Part shown: in pieces, positions 47,027-57,247 of the stretch | Position numbering within the stretch: position 1 is the stretch's first letter | How the letters are laid out: every line of letters begins with the position of its first letter | NCBI GenBank assembly: GCA_963662435.1 | Contig: OY759598.1 | Coordinates: 124,001 to 188,000, forward strand | Direction of reading: 5' to 3' | Length of the DNA stretch: 64,000 bases | Source of the DNA: Dehalococcoidia bacterium | Lineage (GTDB): Bacteria > Chloroflexota > Dehalococcoidia > Lucifugimonadales > VXLM01 | Made by a program: the position numbers and the translations under genes | The notes under the pieces: model-generated | Databases searched by the model: none | What the model saw: only the letters and a program-made list of their open reading frames with translations | What the model was told of the DNA's origin: nothing

Positions 47027-50000
47027 AATGAAACAATCTACGTCCGTTCAACCAACCCTGAGTGCTCCGGAGGCTAACGGTTCGAACGATGTTCGGCCGG
47101 ACATTGTGCAACTCTTCCAGGTGCCAGAACGGTTCATGCGCTCAGTTCACCTTGAACGTGACTTCGACGACTCACAGTTTCTAAGCCGTTACGTTCTGAC
47201 GCCCCCGATGCAAGCATTGTTATCTAGGATAGTTGGAGGCGTCCAACCTGGGTCTGCTCACCGAGCATGGAGAATTACCGGTGACTACGGCACAGGGAAA
47301 TCATCGTTCGCCCTTATGCTCGCCCGACTGCTCCATGACCCAACCTCACCTTCAATTGAGCTGATACGCGAGGCTGTCGAGGAAGAAGGCAGGGCGAGCC
47401 TATTTGATGGGGTCCGGATGTTGCCCATACTTGTCACGGGGGCCCGAGAGCCGCTTGTACCTTCAGTAGCTCGTGCGCTACGCCGAAGTCTGGAAAGGCT
47501 ACGCGGTAGGCGGCGCAAGACTAGGGTTCTGGAAGATCTGGAGGCGCAAGCGGATGCAGTGATCTTGTCGGCCGACCACTCCCAACTCTTGGATCTTCTG
47601 GAACAAGTTGGCTGCTATTCAACGAAGCGAGGTTGGTCGGGTGTATTCCTAGTCCTCGACGAATTGGGGAAGTTCCTCGAGTATGCCGCTCTCCGGCCTG
47701 ACAAGGAGGACCTCTACATTCTCCAGCGCCTTGCCGAGGGCGCCGCGAGGGATAGAGGTTTTGCTCTCGTGGTCCTAGGCCTTCTACATCAAGGCTTCCA
47801 CGCCTATGCCGAGAGCTTACCTTCGACAATGCGGCAAGAGTGGGAGAAGGTGGCTGGTCGGTATGGTGAGATCACATTCGATCAACCGCTGTCCCACGTA
47901 ACGGCGCTTGTGAGCCAGGCGCTAAACATCAATGAGACATTGGTGCCGAGGGATGTCGATAAAGCCGTCCATGCGGTGCATGCCGCGACTCTAAGGACCG
48001 GCTGGTACGGCTCGCCGGAATGGACGCCGTCGGCGCTCGATCTGTATCCCCTTCACCCTACGGTGCTACCGGTACTGGTCCGGTTCTTTGCCAGATTCGG
48101 TCAACATGAACGGTCGCTGTTCAGCTTTCTGCTCTCGTCTGAACCATTCGGTCTCCAGTCATTCGCCGCTCGTCCTGCGAACGGACACACTTGGTACCGC
48201 TTGCCGGATTTCTACGACTATATCCGTGGCACTTTCGGATACCAACTGAGCGCGTCAAGCTACCGTGGTCACTGGCTAAGGATCGTTGAGACGATTGATG
48301 GCATGAGCGATGTTGACGACCTTCAGTTGAGGGTCCTAAAGGCAGTGGCGGTGCTCAATGTTCTTGATGCCGATCACCTACTGCCAACGGACACTGTGTT
48401 GGCGGCAGCACTGGCCGGTGGTGACGAGAGTCGAGCTGTCAGCAGGGCTGTGGAATCTCTGAAGCATCGGGGGCTACTCTTCAACCGCGGTACCTCAGGG
48501 GGCTACAGGCTATGGCCAAGCACGAGCGTTGACTTGGTATCCGCGTTTGAGACGGCAAAGCGTGCTGTGGGTTCTTCGGATCGACTAGTCGCACGAGTGC
48601 GGCCGTATCTCGGGCAGAGTTCAGTAGTGGCGCGGCGTCATTACATTGAAAGAGGTACGCTACGGCACTTTGAGATTCGTTATGCAGACTCTGCAACATT
48701 GCAAGAGACCATTGAGCGATCGACGGAGGCCGACGGGCTTGTTGTAGTTGTTCTGTGTGACTCACCTGATGAGCACCTCGCCATCCGAAATATGGTCTCC
48801 ACTGTCGATGGGGCCGCGCACAGACAAGTAGTCCTTGCTGTGCCGCCCCCTCTCCGAGGAGTCGCGGCCGAACTACTGGACGCGCAGTGCTGGCAGTGGG
48901 TTGCAGACAACACGCCTGAGTTGAACCATGATGCGTACGCTGCCAGCGAAGTAGCTCGCCAGGTCTCAGCATCCCGTCGCGCACTTCTTAGAACTCTCGA
49001 TTCGTTGCTGGGCTTTCGCGGAGGTGACGCGGACGACGTGGAATGGTGGCATTGTGGGAGACTCGTCGAGTTGCCTCTAAGGGGCAAGCTCTCCGCCCTC
49101 TTGTCCGGCATCTCTGACGAGGTCTATTGCGATGCGCCCCGCATTCACAATGAGCTGCTGAACCGCCGTGCCTTGAGCAGTGCCGCATCGGCGGCGCGTC
49201 TACGTCTTGTGGAGCGCATGTTCACTTCAGCGGATGCGCCCTCTCTGGGAATCGACCAAGGCAAGGCTCCGCCAGAGAAGTCCATGTACCTGTCGGTGCT
49301 GAGCGCCGGGAAGGTACATCGTGAGGAAATGGGACAGCTCGTTTTGGCAGAACCGCCACAAGATGAGGACCCGCTACACCTGCGTCCAGCGCTGACCCAG
49401 ATTATTGTACTTCTCGAACAGGCCAATGGGAGCCGTGTTGCGGTCACTGAGATTCTCGACGTGCTGCAAAGCCCTCCCTATGGAGTTCGAGCAGGCGTCG
49501 CGCCTCTTCTCCTAGCGATCACGATGGTGGCCCACGCCTATGAGATCGCCATGTACGAGAATGGCACATTCTTGCAACAGTTCAACGCTCATGATTTCCT
49601 TCGGTTGACTAAGCAGCCATCAGCTTTCGAAGCGCAGTTATGCCGAGTTGCCGGTGTCCGGATGGAAGTTTTCAGGCTTCTGACACGTGTCTTTGCGGAT
49701 GAGCATTCCAATGATCGAGAGTACGAGCTACTGGATGTCGTACGGCCGCTTAGTGTATTTGCAGCACAGCTACCGGAGTACACTCGGCGCAATACTAGTT
49801 TGCAGGAACCTGCCAAGAGCGTACTGAATGCTCTTCTAACGGCTCGAGAACCCGCCACGCTCGTCTTCGAAGCATTGCCTGTTGCTTGTGGACTCGACCC
49901 GTTCCTCATAGATGGAAGCGTGAACGAAGGACGAGGGTACCTATTCGTAGACGTGCTCAAAGCTGCGGTCGATGCTCTTCAGTCTGATTACCCTCGTCTA

Positions 50001-50555
50001 CTAGAAAGTATACGAGACAAGGTGGCCGTGGGAGTAGGCGCCGGGGGCTCGCAACTGCACCGTTCGCAAATTGCACGGCGAGCATCCATGGTAATGCTTG
50101 CCGCCCGCGAGCCCCGGCTTCAGACCTTTGCAAGGTCTCTGGCTGACTCAGGCCTCTCGGACGACTCTTGGGCGGAGCGGATCGGCAGTGTCATCGTTTC
50201 AAAGCCACCGTCAAGATGGACCGTCACAGATAGGGCTAGGGCCATGGACGAGATTGATCTATTGGTCGATACCTTCAATCGTACAGAAGCGACTGCTTTC
50301 GGGAGAGGCGTGGATATTCCCGATTTGAACGCGTTGCGTATAACCTTGACTACCGCAGACGGCAACGAGACCGCACAAATTGTCCGGGTGTTATCGGAGG
50401 ACGAAGGCTCGGTTCAAGAACTAGCCGAACAACTTAGAGCTACTCTGAACGATTCTGGGCGTCCTGACCTATGGTTGGCAGCGATGACTCGTATGCTGAA
50501 GAACGACCTTCTGAAGGACCTATATCCCCTTAATGATTCACAAGGGTCAGTTTGA
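47019..50555 (+). CDS. sspC: Large P-loop ATPase (SspC-like)
   Basis: RSVHLERD, ITGDYGTGKSS, LVLDELGKFLE, EWEKVAGR, YPLHP, QHERSLFSFL; start taken at GTG after AGGAGG. Confidence 0.75.
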   Translation: MAEMKQSTSVQPTLSAPEANGSNDVRPDIVQLFQVPERFMRSVHLERDFDDSQFLSRYVLTPPMQALLSRIVGGVQPGSAHRAWRITGDYGTGKSSFALMLARLLHDPTSPSIELIREAVEEEGRASLFDGVRMLPILVTGAREPLVPSVARALRRSLERLRGRRRKTRVLEDLEAQADAVILSADHSQLLDLLEQVGCYSTKRGWSGVFLVLDELGKFLEYAALRPDKEDLYILQRLAEGAARDRGFALVVLGLLHQGFHAYAESLPSTMRQEWEKVAGRYGEITFDQPLSHVTALVSQALNINETLVPRDVDKAVHAVHAATLRTGWYGSPEWTPSALDLYPLHPTVLPVLVRFFARFGQHERSLFSFLLSSEPFGLQSFAARPANGHTWYRLPDFYDYIRGTFGYQLSASSYRGHWLRIVETIDGMSDVDDLQLRVLKAVAVLNVLDADHLLPTDTVLAAALAGGDESRAVSRAVESLKHRGLLFNRGTSGGYRLWPSTSVDLVSAFETAKRAVGSSDRLVARVRPYLGQSSVVARRHYIERGTLRHFEIRYADSATLQETIERSTEADGLVVVVLCDSPDEHLAIRNMVSTVDGAAHRQVVLAVPPPLRGVAAELLDAQCWQWVADNTPELNHDAYAASEVARQVSASRRALLRTLDSLLGFRGGDADDVEWWHCGRLVELPLRGKLSALLSGISDEVYCDAPRIHNELLNRRALSSAASAARLRLVERMFTSADAPSLGIDQGKAPPEKSMYLSVLSAGKVHREEMGQLVLAEPPQDEDPLHLRPALTQIIVLLEQANGSRVAVTEILDVLQSPPYGVRAGVAPLLLAITMVAHAYEIAMYENGTFLQQFNAHDFLRLTKQPSAFEAQLCRVAGVRMEVFRLLTRVFADEHSNDREYELLDVVRPLSVFAAQLPEYTRRNTSLQEPAKSVLNALLTAREPATLVFEALPVACGLDPFLIDGSVNEGRGYLFVDVLKAAVDALQSDYPRLLESIRDKVAVGVGAGGSQLHRSQIARRASMVMLAAREPRLQTFARSLADSGLSDDSWAERIGSVIVSKPPSRWTVTDRARAMDEIDLLVDTFNRTEATAFGRGVDIPDLNALRITLTTADGNETAQIVRVLSEDEGSVQELAEQLRATLNDSGRPDLWLAAMTRMLKNDLLKDLYPLNDSQGSV

Positions 50556-52927
50556 CGATGTCATTCAGAGTAGCGGCACGTACCATATTGCAACTGGGGT
50601 CTGAACTAATCAGTTCAGACACAATTGCCTTCTATGAATTAATCAAGAACGGCTTTGATGCAGGCTCCAAGAGGGTTGAGATTGAATTCTTGATTCGAGT
50701 CCCGGGCGACCTCTGGGATGATTGTGACGCTGCTCTTTCCGAAATAGAAAGGAGAAGCAGTAGTAATGACCCACTTACGCTTGAAGCAATCAAACGAAAG
50801 CTGATTGAAGGAGTAGACCGATCTGCACCCAAAGCGGACGGGTTTGTGGAAGAGATGCAGGTAGCATCTAGCTTTGCGGACTTGCGATCTTCGTTCCAAC
50901 GAGCTAACACGATCACTGTCCGTGACTGGGGCGCCGGAATGTCCATGGCAATCCTAGCGGATGCCTTTCTTACGATTGGCACCCGTTACCGGAGGGCAGA
51001 GCGAGAGGGCGGAAAACCGAATTCGAAAGCAGGAGTCACCCTCGGGGATAAAGGAGTCGGTCGTCTTTCGGTCATGCGTCTTGGTTCACAAATGCTTGTC
51101 GCAACAAGCCAAGAGAATGAGCGCAATTGGCATGAACTGAGGATCGATTGGGAGATCTTTTCCCATGACTCGGATACTCTCCTAAACGAAATACCAATTC
51201 GCCCAACTGAGGGACCTCTGAAGGACACCCCCAAAGTTAGCGGGACCGAACTTCACATCTGGGGCCTATCCCATTCATGGACCTTCGGGCAAGTTGAAGA
51301 AATAGCTCGTACTGAATTTGCACGCTTCATGGATCCTTTCGCCTCGAAGCGCTCGGAATCCATCGGCGTGAAATTCAATGCTGCCAACGTCACCATTCCA
51401 CGTTTCGACAAATTGCTCTTTGATAACGCACATGCAAGCCTAACTGCTACTTTCTCACCGAACAGTTCGAATTCAGAGTTCGAGGTGCCATTGGTCGCCG
51501 GGACCATCGATTATTCGGAGATGGATCAGAAGACGGACTTTCGCATCGACCCTCTGGACTTGGCAAGCATTACTGAAATGCCTGTTTCCGTGGTCCGAGA
51601 CATTGGTCCTTTCCAGTTTGAGTTGCATTGGTGGAACCGTCGGATTCTTCGGGCCATTGAAGGGATCGGAGACCGTAAACTTGTTAGGTCCCTCCTCGAC
51701 CGTTGGAGCGGAGGCGTCGCAGTATATCGGGATGGGTATCGAGTAAATCCTTATGGGGGGACTGATGACGACTGGCTAGGTCTGGACAAGGATGCCTTTC
51801 GGGCATCTGGCTACAAGCTCAATCGAGGGCAAATAGTCGCGAAGCTCACTATTTCCAGAGATGCTAACCCCCACTTGGTGGATCAAACGAATCGCGAAGG
51901 TTTGCAGCACAACGTTCATTTTCTTGCGCTGCGGGCCATCGTTAAGCACATCCTAGAGGATCGTCTACGTGAATTCCTGGATGAAACAGATATGCGGGAT
52001 CGGTTGTCGAGGATCGAATCCGTTGACCAACTGGAGGTTCGAACGAAACGATCCGGGCAACGGGTCCGGGAATCGCTGAGGCAACTCAGGAATATCGCTC
52101 CTAACGAAGTCAAAGAGGTCGGGATACTGGACGATGTTGAGGATTTGCTCAAGGATATTGATCGAACCTTTAGCAATGCTCGACTTCGTGTGCAGAACTA
52201 CCGAGAGGAACGTGAGCGTCTTGTGGGGCTCGCCGGCACTGGCCTTCTGGTCGAACTTGTTGCTCACGAACTCAACAGAGCTACAACCAATGCGCTAACT
52301 ATGGTCTCAAATGCGGTGGATGACCCAACCTTGGCCCCTGCCCGGAGCATTCTGACGATTCTAGGTGCACAGCTGAGGACGGTCCGGACTCGCCTAACTG
52401 TCTTGGATGATATGTCGACTTCGGGACGCCAAGTCAAGGTTTCTTTTGACTTCGTTGATTGGGTTCGCAACATTCTCGAGAATCACGACCCTCAATTTGA
52501 GCGTCATTACATACGTGTCGCATTTCGAACTGTGCCAGAAGGGGCCGGCCAAATGCCTGTGAGAATGGTTCGAGGAATGGTCGTGCAGATCTTGGAGAAC
52601 CTACTTTCGAACTCAGTATACTGGCTGGCAATGCAGAAGAGAGAACATCCTAGATTCGAACCGCAGATTTGGGTGACGGTCGACGTCCAAGCAAGAACTC
52701 TGACGTTCACCGACAATGGCCCCGGCATTGAGAGGTCGAGGGCAGAAGAGGTATTTCGCGCATTTGTGACGACGAAACCGCCCGGCGAGGGCAGTGGCCT
52801 AGGCTTATACATTGCACGAGAAGTTGCCAATTATCACAAAGCCATGTTGCGTCTGAGTTCAGAGCCATCCATCCATGCAGGCAAGCTAAACACCTTCATC
52901 CTATCCCTGGCCAATGTGGAACGATAG
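50552..52927 (+). CDS. MORC-like GHKL ATPase fused to a histidine kinase module
   Basis: N-term YELIKNGFDA, RDWGAGM, GDKGVGRLS; C-term VAHELN (H-box), ENLLSNS, DNGPGI, FVTTK, GSGLGL. Confidence 0.85.
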   Translation: MTMSFRVAARTILQLGSELISSDTIAFYELIKNGFDAGSKRVEIEFLIRVPGDLWDDCDAALSEIERRSSSNDPLTLEAIKRKLIEGVDRSAPKADGFVEEMQVASSFADLRSSFQRANTITVRDWGAGMSMAILADAFLTIGTRYRRAEREGGKPNSKAGVTLGDKGVGRLSVMRLGSQMLVATSQENERNWHELRIDWEIFSHDSDTLLNEIPIRPTEGPLKDTPKVSGTELHIWGLSHSWTFGQVEEIARTEFARFMDPFASKRSESIGVKFNAANVTIPRFDKLLFDNAHASLTATFSPNSSNSEFEVPLVAGTIDYSEMDQKTDFRIDPLDLASITEMPVSVVRDIGPFQFELHWWNRRILRAIEGIGDRKLVRSLLDRWSGGVAVYRDGYRVNPYGGTDDDWLGLDKDAFRASGYKLNRGQIVAKLTISRDANPHLVDQTNREGLQHNVHFLALRAIVKHILEDRLREFLDETDMRDRLSRIESVDQLEVRTKRSGQRVRESLRQLRNIAPNEVKEVGILDDVEDLLKDIDRTFSNARLRVQNYREERERLVGLAGTGLLVELVAHELNRATTNALTMVSNAVDDPTLAPARSILTILGAQLRTVRTRLTVLDDMSTSGRQVKVSFDFVDWVRNILENHDPQFERHYIRVAFRTVPEGAGQMPVRMVRGMVVQILENLLSNSVYWLAMQKREHPRFEPQIWVTVDVQARTLTFTDNGPGIERSRAEEVFRAFVTTKPPGEGSGLGLYIAREVANYHKAMLRLSSEPSIHAGKLNTFILSLANVER

Positions 52928-52929
52928 TC

Positions 52930-54972
52930 ATGGGAGCCAACGAAATTATTGAATTGGAGAAACTAACTTCAAAGCTATTGGAGACTCGCGGTGTCCACCA
53001 TGTAATGGTTGTCGACGATTCACTAGATGCGGGACCCGAGCAGTGGAAAGACTTGTTACCGGCCATTCAAGACGATATTAGAACCACGATCGAAGCAAAC
53101 CCGGAACTGGAGAGTTGGCTCGAACAGGAGGGCTTGGCGCTACCAGATAGCGGTGCCTCACTTGAGGCCGAACATTATCTTGAAAGACTCAAAGCGCGGA
53201 TGCTGGAAAGAGAAGACCTGTTGGCGATCTGGAAAGGGATCATTGAGCCTTCTGTGGGCTCAGCCAGGAAAGAGGTTGATGATCTTATCGATAGTTTGGA
53301 GGCCCTAGGTCTCGTAGTACAACCATCAGGCATTCGTGATCCAAAGGATCCTCCTGTCGATGTGTCAGTGATTTTCATTGACTACACTCTTGACGACACC
53401 GACCCAGAGAATCTGGCGGCAAGAGCCATTGAGGAGATAGAGCGTATACATCAATCCCTAAAGACGCCAATCAAACCGATCGTTCTCTTAATGAGCAGCC
53501 GAACCCATCTTAGCCCGGAGTTAAAGATCAGCTTCCACGATGAGACGAACATCATGGCCGGTATGTTCCTGGGCTTTCAAAAGGAGGAACTGAAGGGCAC
53601 GAGCCTATGTGTGATTCTGACCGGAATCGCAGAAAACTGGCCAAATGCTGTTGCTCTGCAGTCATTCATACACGACGTGTCCGATGCATCGCAGGCCGCT
53701 AATGATGCAGTCAAAGAAATGGTTCAGGCCTTGACCCTCGAAGACTTCTCCTTGATTCAATTGCTAAGCCTGAATGCGGATGGACATCCTCTTGGTGAAT
53801 ACCTTCTGTGGCTTATCGGAGCCTATTTCAAGCAGCGCCTGGGAAAAAACGAATCTGTTCAGTTACGAAAAGCAGGGATAGATAGGATGGTGTTTCAGGC
53901 TCCTGCTACCACTGATTGGGGACCATCCGACGCTTTCCTCTCAGCCTATCGGTCGGCAGTCTTTGCTGATGCAGACGAAGACATTGCAGCTGACCGATAC
54001 CCCGCCCTAAGTGAAGCGGCGAAGGAACTTAGCGGACAGCCTGACGACATAGTCGCCTTGCACTTCGGTGATGTCTTCGTTGAGACAGTAGATGGGTCAC
54101 CACGAGCTCATATCGTAATGACTCCAGAATGTGACCTTGCTTTTGGCGGGTCTAGGGCCTTTCCTCGTGAACATGCGGTTGTTCTTATACCCGGAAACAT
54201 GACACCCGGACGGCCATTCAAAATGTCAGGAGGAAATGCCGCTAGGACTGAATTACTCCGTTGGAACAACGAAGACTGGCGGGTCGACTGGCAATTCAAA
54301 GAAGGCCAGGTCGTGAACTTAGGAGAGTTTCGCGAGGCTTCTCAGAAAAGAGAGCTCAAGCGGGTTGCAAGAGTAGAGTTTTCATTCGCGTCTGACGTTC
54401 AACGGGCATTCGTGGCAGACCTTACTCGCGTGGGCCTTCCAGTCGTACCTCCGCAATTTCAATCTCACGAGGTGATTGTCTTTGTCGAGGATTGGAAACA
54501 AGACCTGCAGATCGTTTTTGGTCCTATCCGCGACGGTGCTTACCTTTTCTCGTCTCCACAATATAGCGAATGGAAGTGCATTTTGAGCGACGACGTTGTT
54601 ATTGAGCTCCTACGGAATCTAGACCGAGCCATGGAATTGGCTGAGGTTGGCCCAAGCCCCGAGGAATTGGAAAAGACGCCCGTAAGCATGCGAGACGACC
54701 GGGAGCGGAAGGCCAATCGTCGAGTGAAGAGAAATGTGGAGAATCTTCAAGAACTCTGTGAGAATCCTGACTCAATCCTGACCTTAAAGGGGCCACACGA
54801 CCTCGACGTGTCAACGGGAGAGAAGATTTTGCCTAATGTCACAATCACCAACAAGTCACAGATTGCAGGCCGTCATGCTCAGACTGTATTGACCATACAG
54901 CTCAGAAACCCTGCAGACAGGGAATCGGAAGTGCAGGGCGAAGATGTCGATAGACTAGATATGGAGGCTTAG
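52930..54972 (+). CDS. Receiver-domain-like protein with a large C-terminal domain
   Basis: VMVVDD, IFIDYTL, LLMSS, FQK; C-term FGDVF..MTPECDLA; 2 bp after the kinase. Confidence 0.65.
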   Translation: MGANEIIELEKLTSKLLETRGVHHVMVVDDSLDAGPEQWKDLLPAIQDDIRTTIEANPELESWLEQEGLALPDSGASLEAEHYLERLKARMLEREDLLAIWKGIIEPSVGSARKEVDDLIDSLEALGLVVQPSGIRDPKDPPVDVSVIFIDYTLDDTDPENLAARAIEEIERIHQSLKTPIKPIVLLMSSRTHLSPELKISFHDETNIMAGMFLGFQKEELKGTSLCVILTGIAENWPNAVALQSFIHDVSDASQAANDAVKEMVQALTLEDFSLIQLLSLNADGHPLGEYLLWLIGAYFKQRLGKNESVQLRKAGIDRMVFQAPATTDWGPSDAFLSAYRSAVFADADEDIAADRYPALSEAAKELSGQPDDIVALHFGDVFVETVDGSPRAHIVMTPECDLAFGGSRAFPREHAVVLIPGNMTPGRPFKMSGGNAARTELLRWNNEDWRVDWQFKEGQVVNLGEFREASQKRELKRVARVEFSFASDVQRAFVADLTRVGLPVVPPQFQSHEVIVFVEDWKQDLQIVFGPIRDGAYLFSSPQYSEWKCILSDDVVIELLRNLDRAMELAEVGPSPEELEKTPVSMRDDRERKANRRVKRNVENLQELCENPDSILTLKGPHDLDVSTGEKILPNVTITNKSQIAGRHAQTVLTIQLRNPADRESEVQGEDVDRLDMEA

Positions 54973-55030
54973 TAACGTTGTTGAATTGCTTGCGGAGAGG
55001 TCATCGCGGACGGATGAGGAGAATGCGGAT

Positions 55031-55843
55031 ATGAGCGAACCAAGGCACATTCTAAGCCTTTCTGGCGGCAAGGACAGTGCAGCGCTTGCCATTCACATGC
55101 GTGACCGTGTAGCGGAGATGGAGTATATCTTCCATGACACGGATAAGGAGTTGCCTGAGACTTTAGACTTCCTAGCAAGGCTAGAGGCTATTCTAGGGAA
55201 GCCGGTCGTCAAGACTTCTACAGTTGATAACTTTGACCACTGGCTTACGGTATTCGGTGGGATGTTGCCATCGAATCATCGGCGATGGTGCACGAAGATG
55301 CTGAAACTGAAGCCGTTCGAGGCATACGTTGGAAATGACCTGGTCATCAATTATGTGGCCTTACGTGCAGATGAACAGCGGACAGGCTACATTAGCTCTA
55401 AGCCAAACATCACTACAGTTTACCCATTTCAAGAAGATGGGATCGTGCGAGGAGATGTCATCCGTATCCTTGAGGAATCGGGACTGGGGTTACCTCCGTA
55501 CATGGCGTGGGGCCGCACAAGGTCCGGGTGCTATTTCTGCTTCTACCAACAGAAGATCGAATGGGTGCGGCTCAGGGAGACCCACCCAGATTTATTCGAC
55601 GAAGCGAAGAGATACGAAGAACAGAGCGTCCTGCATGGGGAGGAGTTCTTCTGGAGCGAACGTGAATCGCTCGCTGAGCTTGAGCGTCCCGAGCGGGTTG
55701 CTCAGATCAAGGCCAATTGGGAGACCAGGCAAGAGCGAAAGCGAGCGCAACGCAAAAACCTCACCCTAGTGGAAACGCTCGGGGGCTTGGCAGTAGAAGA
55801 CGAGCCTCAGGAGGGGGACGGGTGTCTCATCTGCTCCATCTAG
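55031..55843 (+). CDS. sspD: PAPS reductase family protein (SspD/DndC-like)
   Basis: SLSGGKDS, DTDKELPET, RRWCTKMLKLKPF, RSGCYFCFYQ, C-terminal CLIC. Confidence 0.8.
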   Translation: MSEPRHILSLSGGKDSAALAIHMRDRVAEMEYIFHDTDKELPETLDFLARLEAILGKPVVKTSTVDNFDHWLTVFGGMLPSNHRRWCTKMLKLKPFEAYVGNDLVINYVALRADEQRTGYISSKPNITTVYPFQEDGIVRGDVIRILEESGLGLPPYMAWGRTRSGCYFCFYQQKIEWVRLRETHPDLFDEAKRYEEQSVLHGEEFFWSERESLAELERPERVAQIKANWETRQERKRAQRKNLTLVETLGGLAVEDEPQEGDGCLICSI

Positions 55844-55872
55844 GGGTTGGATGGAATCACAAGACCTTGGTC

Positions 55873-57234
55873 ATGGCATCTACAGACAGAAGTTTGCCAA
55901 GCTCGCTTCGGCCCTATCAATGGGAGGGAGTGCACTTTCTCCTGGACAAGGGATCTGTGTTGCTGGCCGATGAGATGGGCTTGGGCAAGACCGTTCAAGT
56001 GGCTGTCGCGCTGTCCTTGAGACTGCGGAAGAGTAGGCTTCGCCGATCTTTGGTGGTCGTACCTGCATCCCTCCGGCTGAATTGGGCCCGAGAACTAAGC
56101 CGTTGGGCACCAGACGTAAGCGTAGGCGTAGTGAGGGGAGGATTCGAAGATAGACGGGCCTACTATATGTTGCCGTACAACGTGTTGATCGCATCTTATG
56201 AGCAAGTTCGGGCAGACTTACACTCCCTGAGCTCAACGGAATTCGACGTTGTGGTACTGGACGAGGCCCAGAGGATCAAGAACCCGAATGCCGAAACAGC
56301 TTTGGCATGCCGGGTCCTACGCCGTGACGCTTCATGGGCATTAACCGGAACGCCTCTAGAGAATCAAGTCGGAGATCTGGTCGCAGTCTATCGTTTCGTA
56401 TGCCCGGGCTTGATTACATCTGCGATGAGTCAGTCAGAGATGCATACGAAGATGCAGCCCTTTTTCCTGAGACGACGGAAATTCGATGTTCTCCATCAAT
56501 TGCCTCCTATCCAAGTTCAGGATGTATATCTTGAAATGGAAGGACAGCAGAAGCAGGTGTATGACGCACTCTGGGAAAGTAGGCTCAACTTGCCCTCTTC
56601 CGGAGCAGGCAATAACTATACTTCATCGATGCTTGCTCTTATCACCCGCCTCAAGCAAGGCTGTAACTTCGAGCCAATCACCGACGAATCAGCCAAACTC
56701 GAAGCCCTCAATTTGATCGTTGAAGGGCTGGAATCGCACGACCATAAACTCCTCGTGTTCTCCCAGTATGTCAAGACTCTGCAATGGCTACTTGGGAAAC
56801 TTGCAGATACCGTCTCGATCGACATTATTCACGGAGGACTTTCTGAGAGCGCCAAAGATAGGGCAGTTTCCAGATTCAATAGTGAACCGGGGCCCCGAGT
56901 GCTCCTCACTTCGTTGAAGGCTGGCGGTGTTGGCCTCAATCTGGGAACCGCCAGTCATGTGGTTCTGTTCGATCGCTGGTGGAATCCTGCCGTAGAACAA
57001 CAGGCTATACACAGAGCCCATCGATTTGAGAGAAGCCGGGTACTCCATGTTTTTCAATTTCAAGTTGTGGACTCCATTGAGGATCGGATCGCCATGATCT
57101 TGGGCGAGAAGAGACAAATGTTTGAGGAATACGTGGAGGCCGCAGACAGCTCAACAGTACCACCCTTCTCCAGGTGGGAACTAGAGAACATTTTGGACCT
57201 CAGCCAGAAAGACACTACCATCCCAAGCAGTTGA
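55873..57234 (+). CDS. Minimal SNF2-family helicase/translocase
   Basis: LRPYQ, LADEMGLGKT, DEAQ, TGTPLEN, SLKAGGVGLNL, WWNPAVEQQAIHRAHR. Confidence 0.9.
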   Translation: MASTDRSLPSSLRPYQWEGVHFLLDKGSVLLADEMGLGKTVQVAVALSLRLRKSRLRRSLVVVPASLRLNWARELSRWAPDVSVGVVRGGFEDRRAYYMLPYNVLIASYEQVRADLHSLSSTEFDVVVLDEAQRIKNPNAETALACRVLRRDASWALTGTPLENQVGDLVAVYRFVCPGLITSAMSQSEMHTKMQPFFLRRRKFDVLHQLPPIQVQDVYLEMEGQQKQVYDALWESRLNLPSSGAGNNYTSSMLALITRLKQGCNFEPITDESAKLEALNLIVEGLESHDHKLLVFSQYVKTLQWLLGKLADTVSIDIIHGGLSESAKDRAVSRFNSEPGPRVLLTSLKAGGVGLNLGTASHVVLFDRWWNPAVEQQAIHRAHRFERSRVLHVFQFQVVDSIEDRIAMILGEKRQMFEEYVEAADSSTVPPFSRWELENILDLSQKDTTIPSS

Positions 57235-57247
57235 ACCAAAAGGACAC

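Noticed and set aside
44856..55843. Housekeeping Fe-S/sulfate assimilation genes, BREX type 4 or DndABCDE
   Set aside because: The context is DUF4007 + large ATPase. No isc/cys genes, no PglZ/BrxL and no DndD/DndE recognised.
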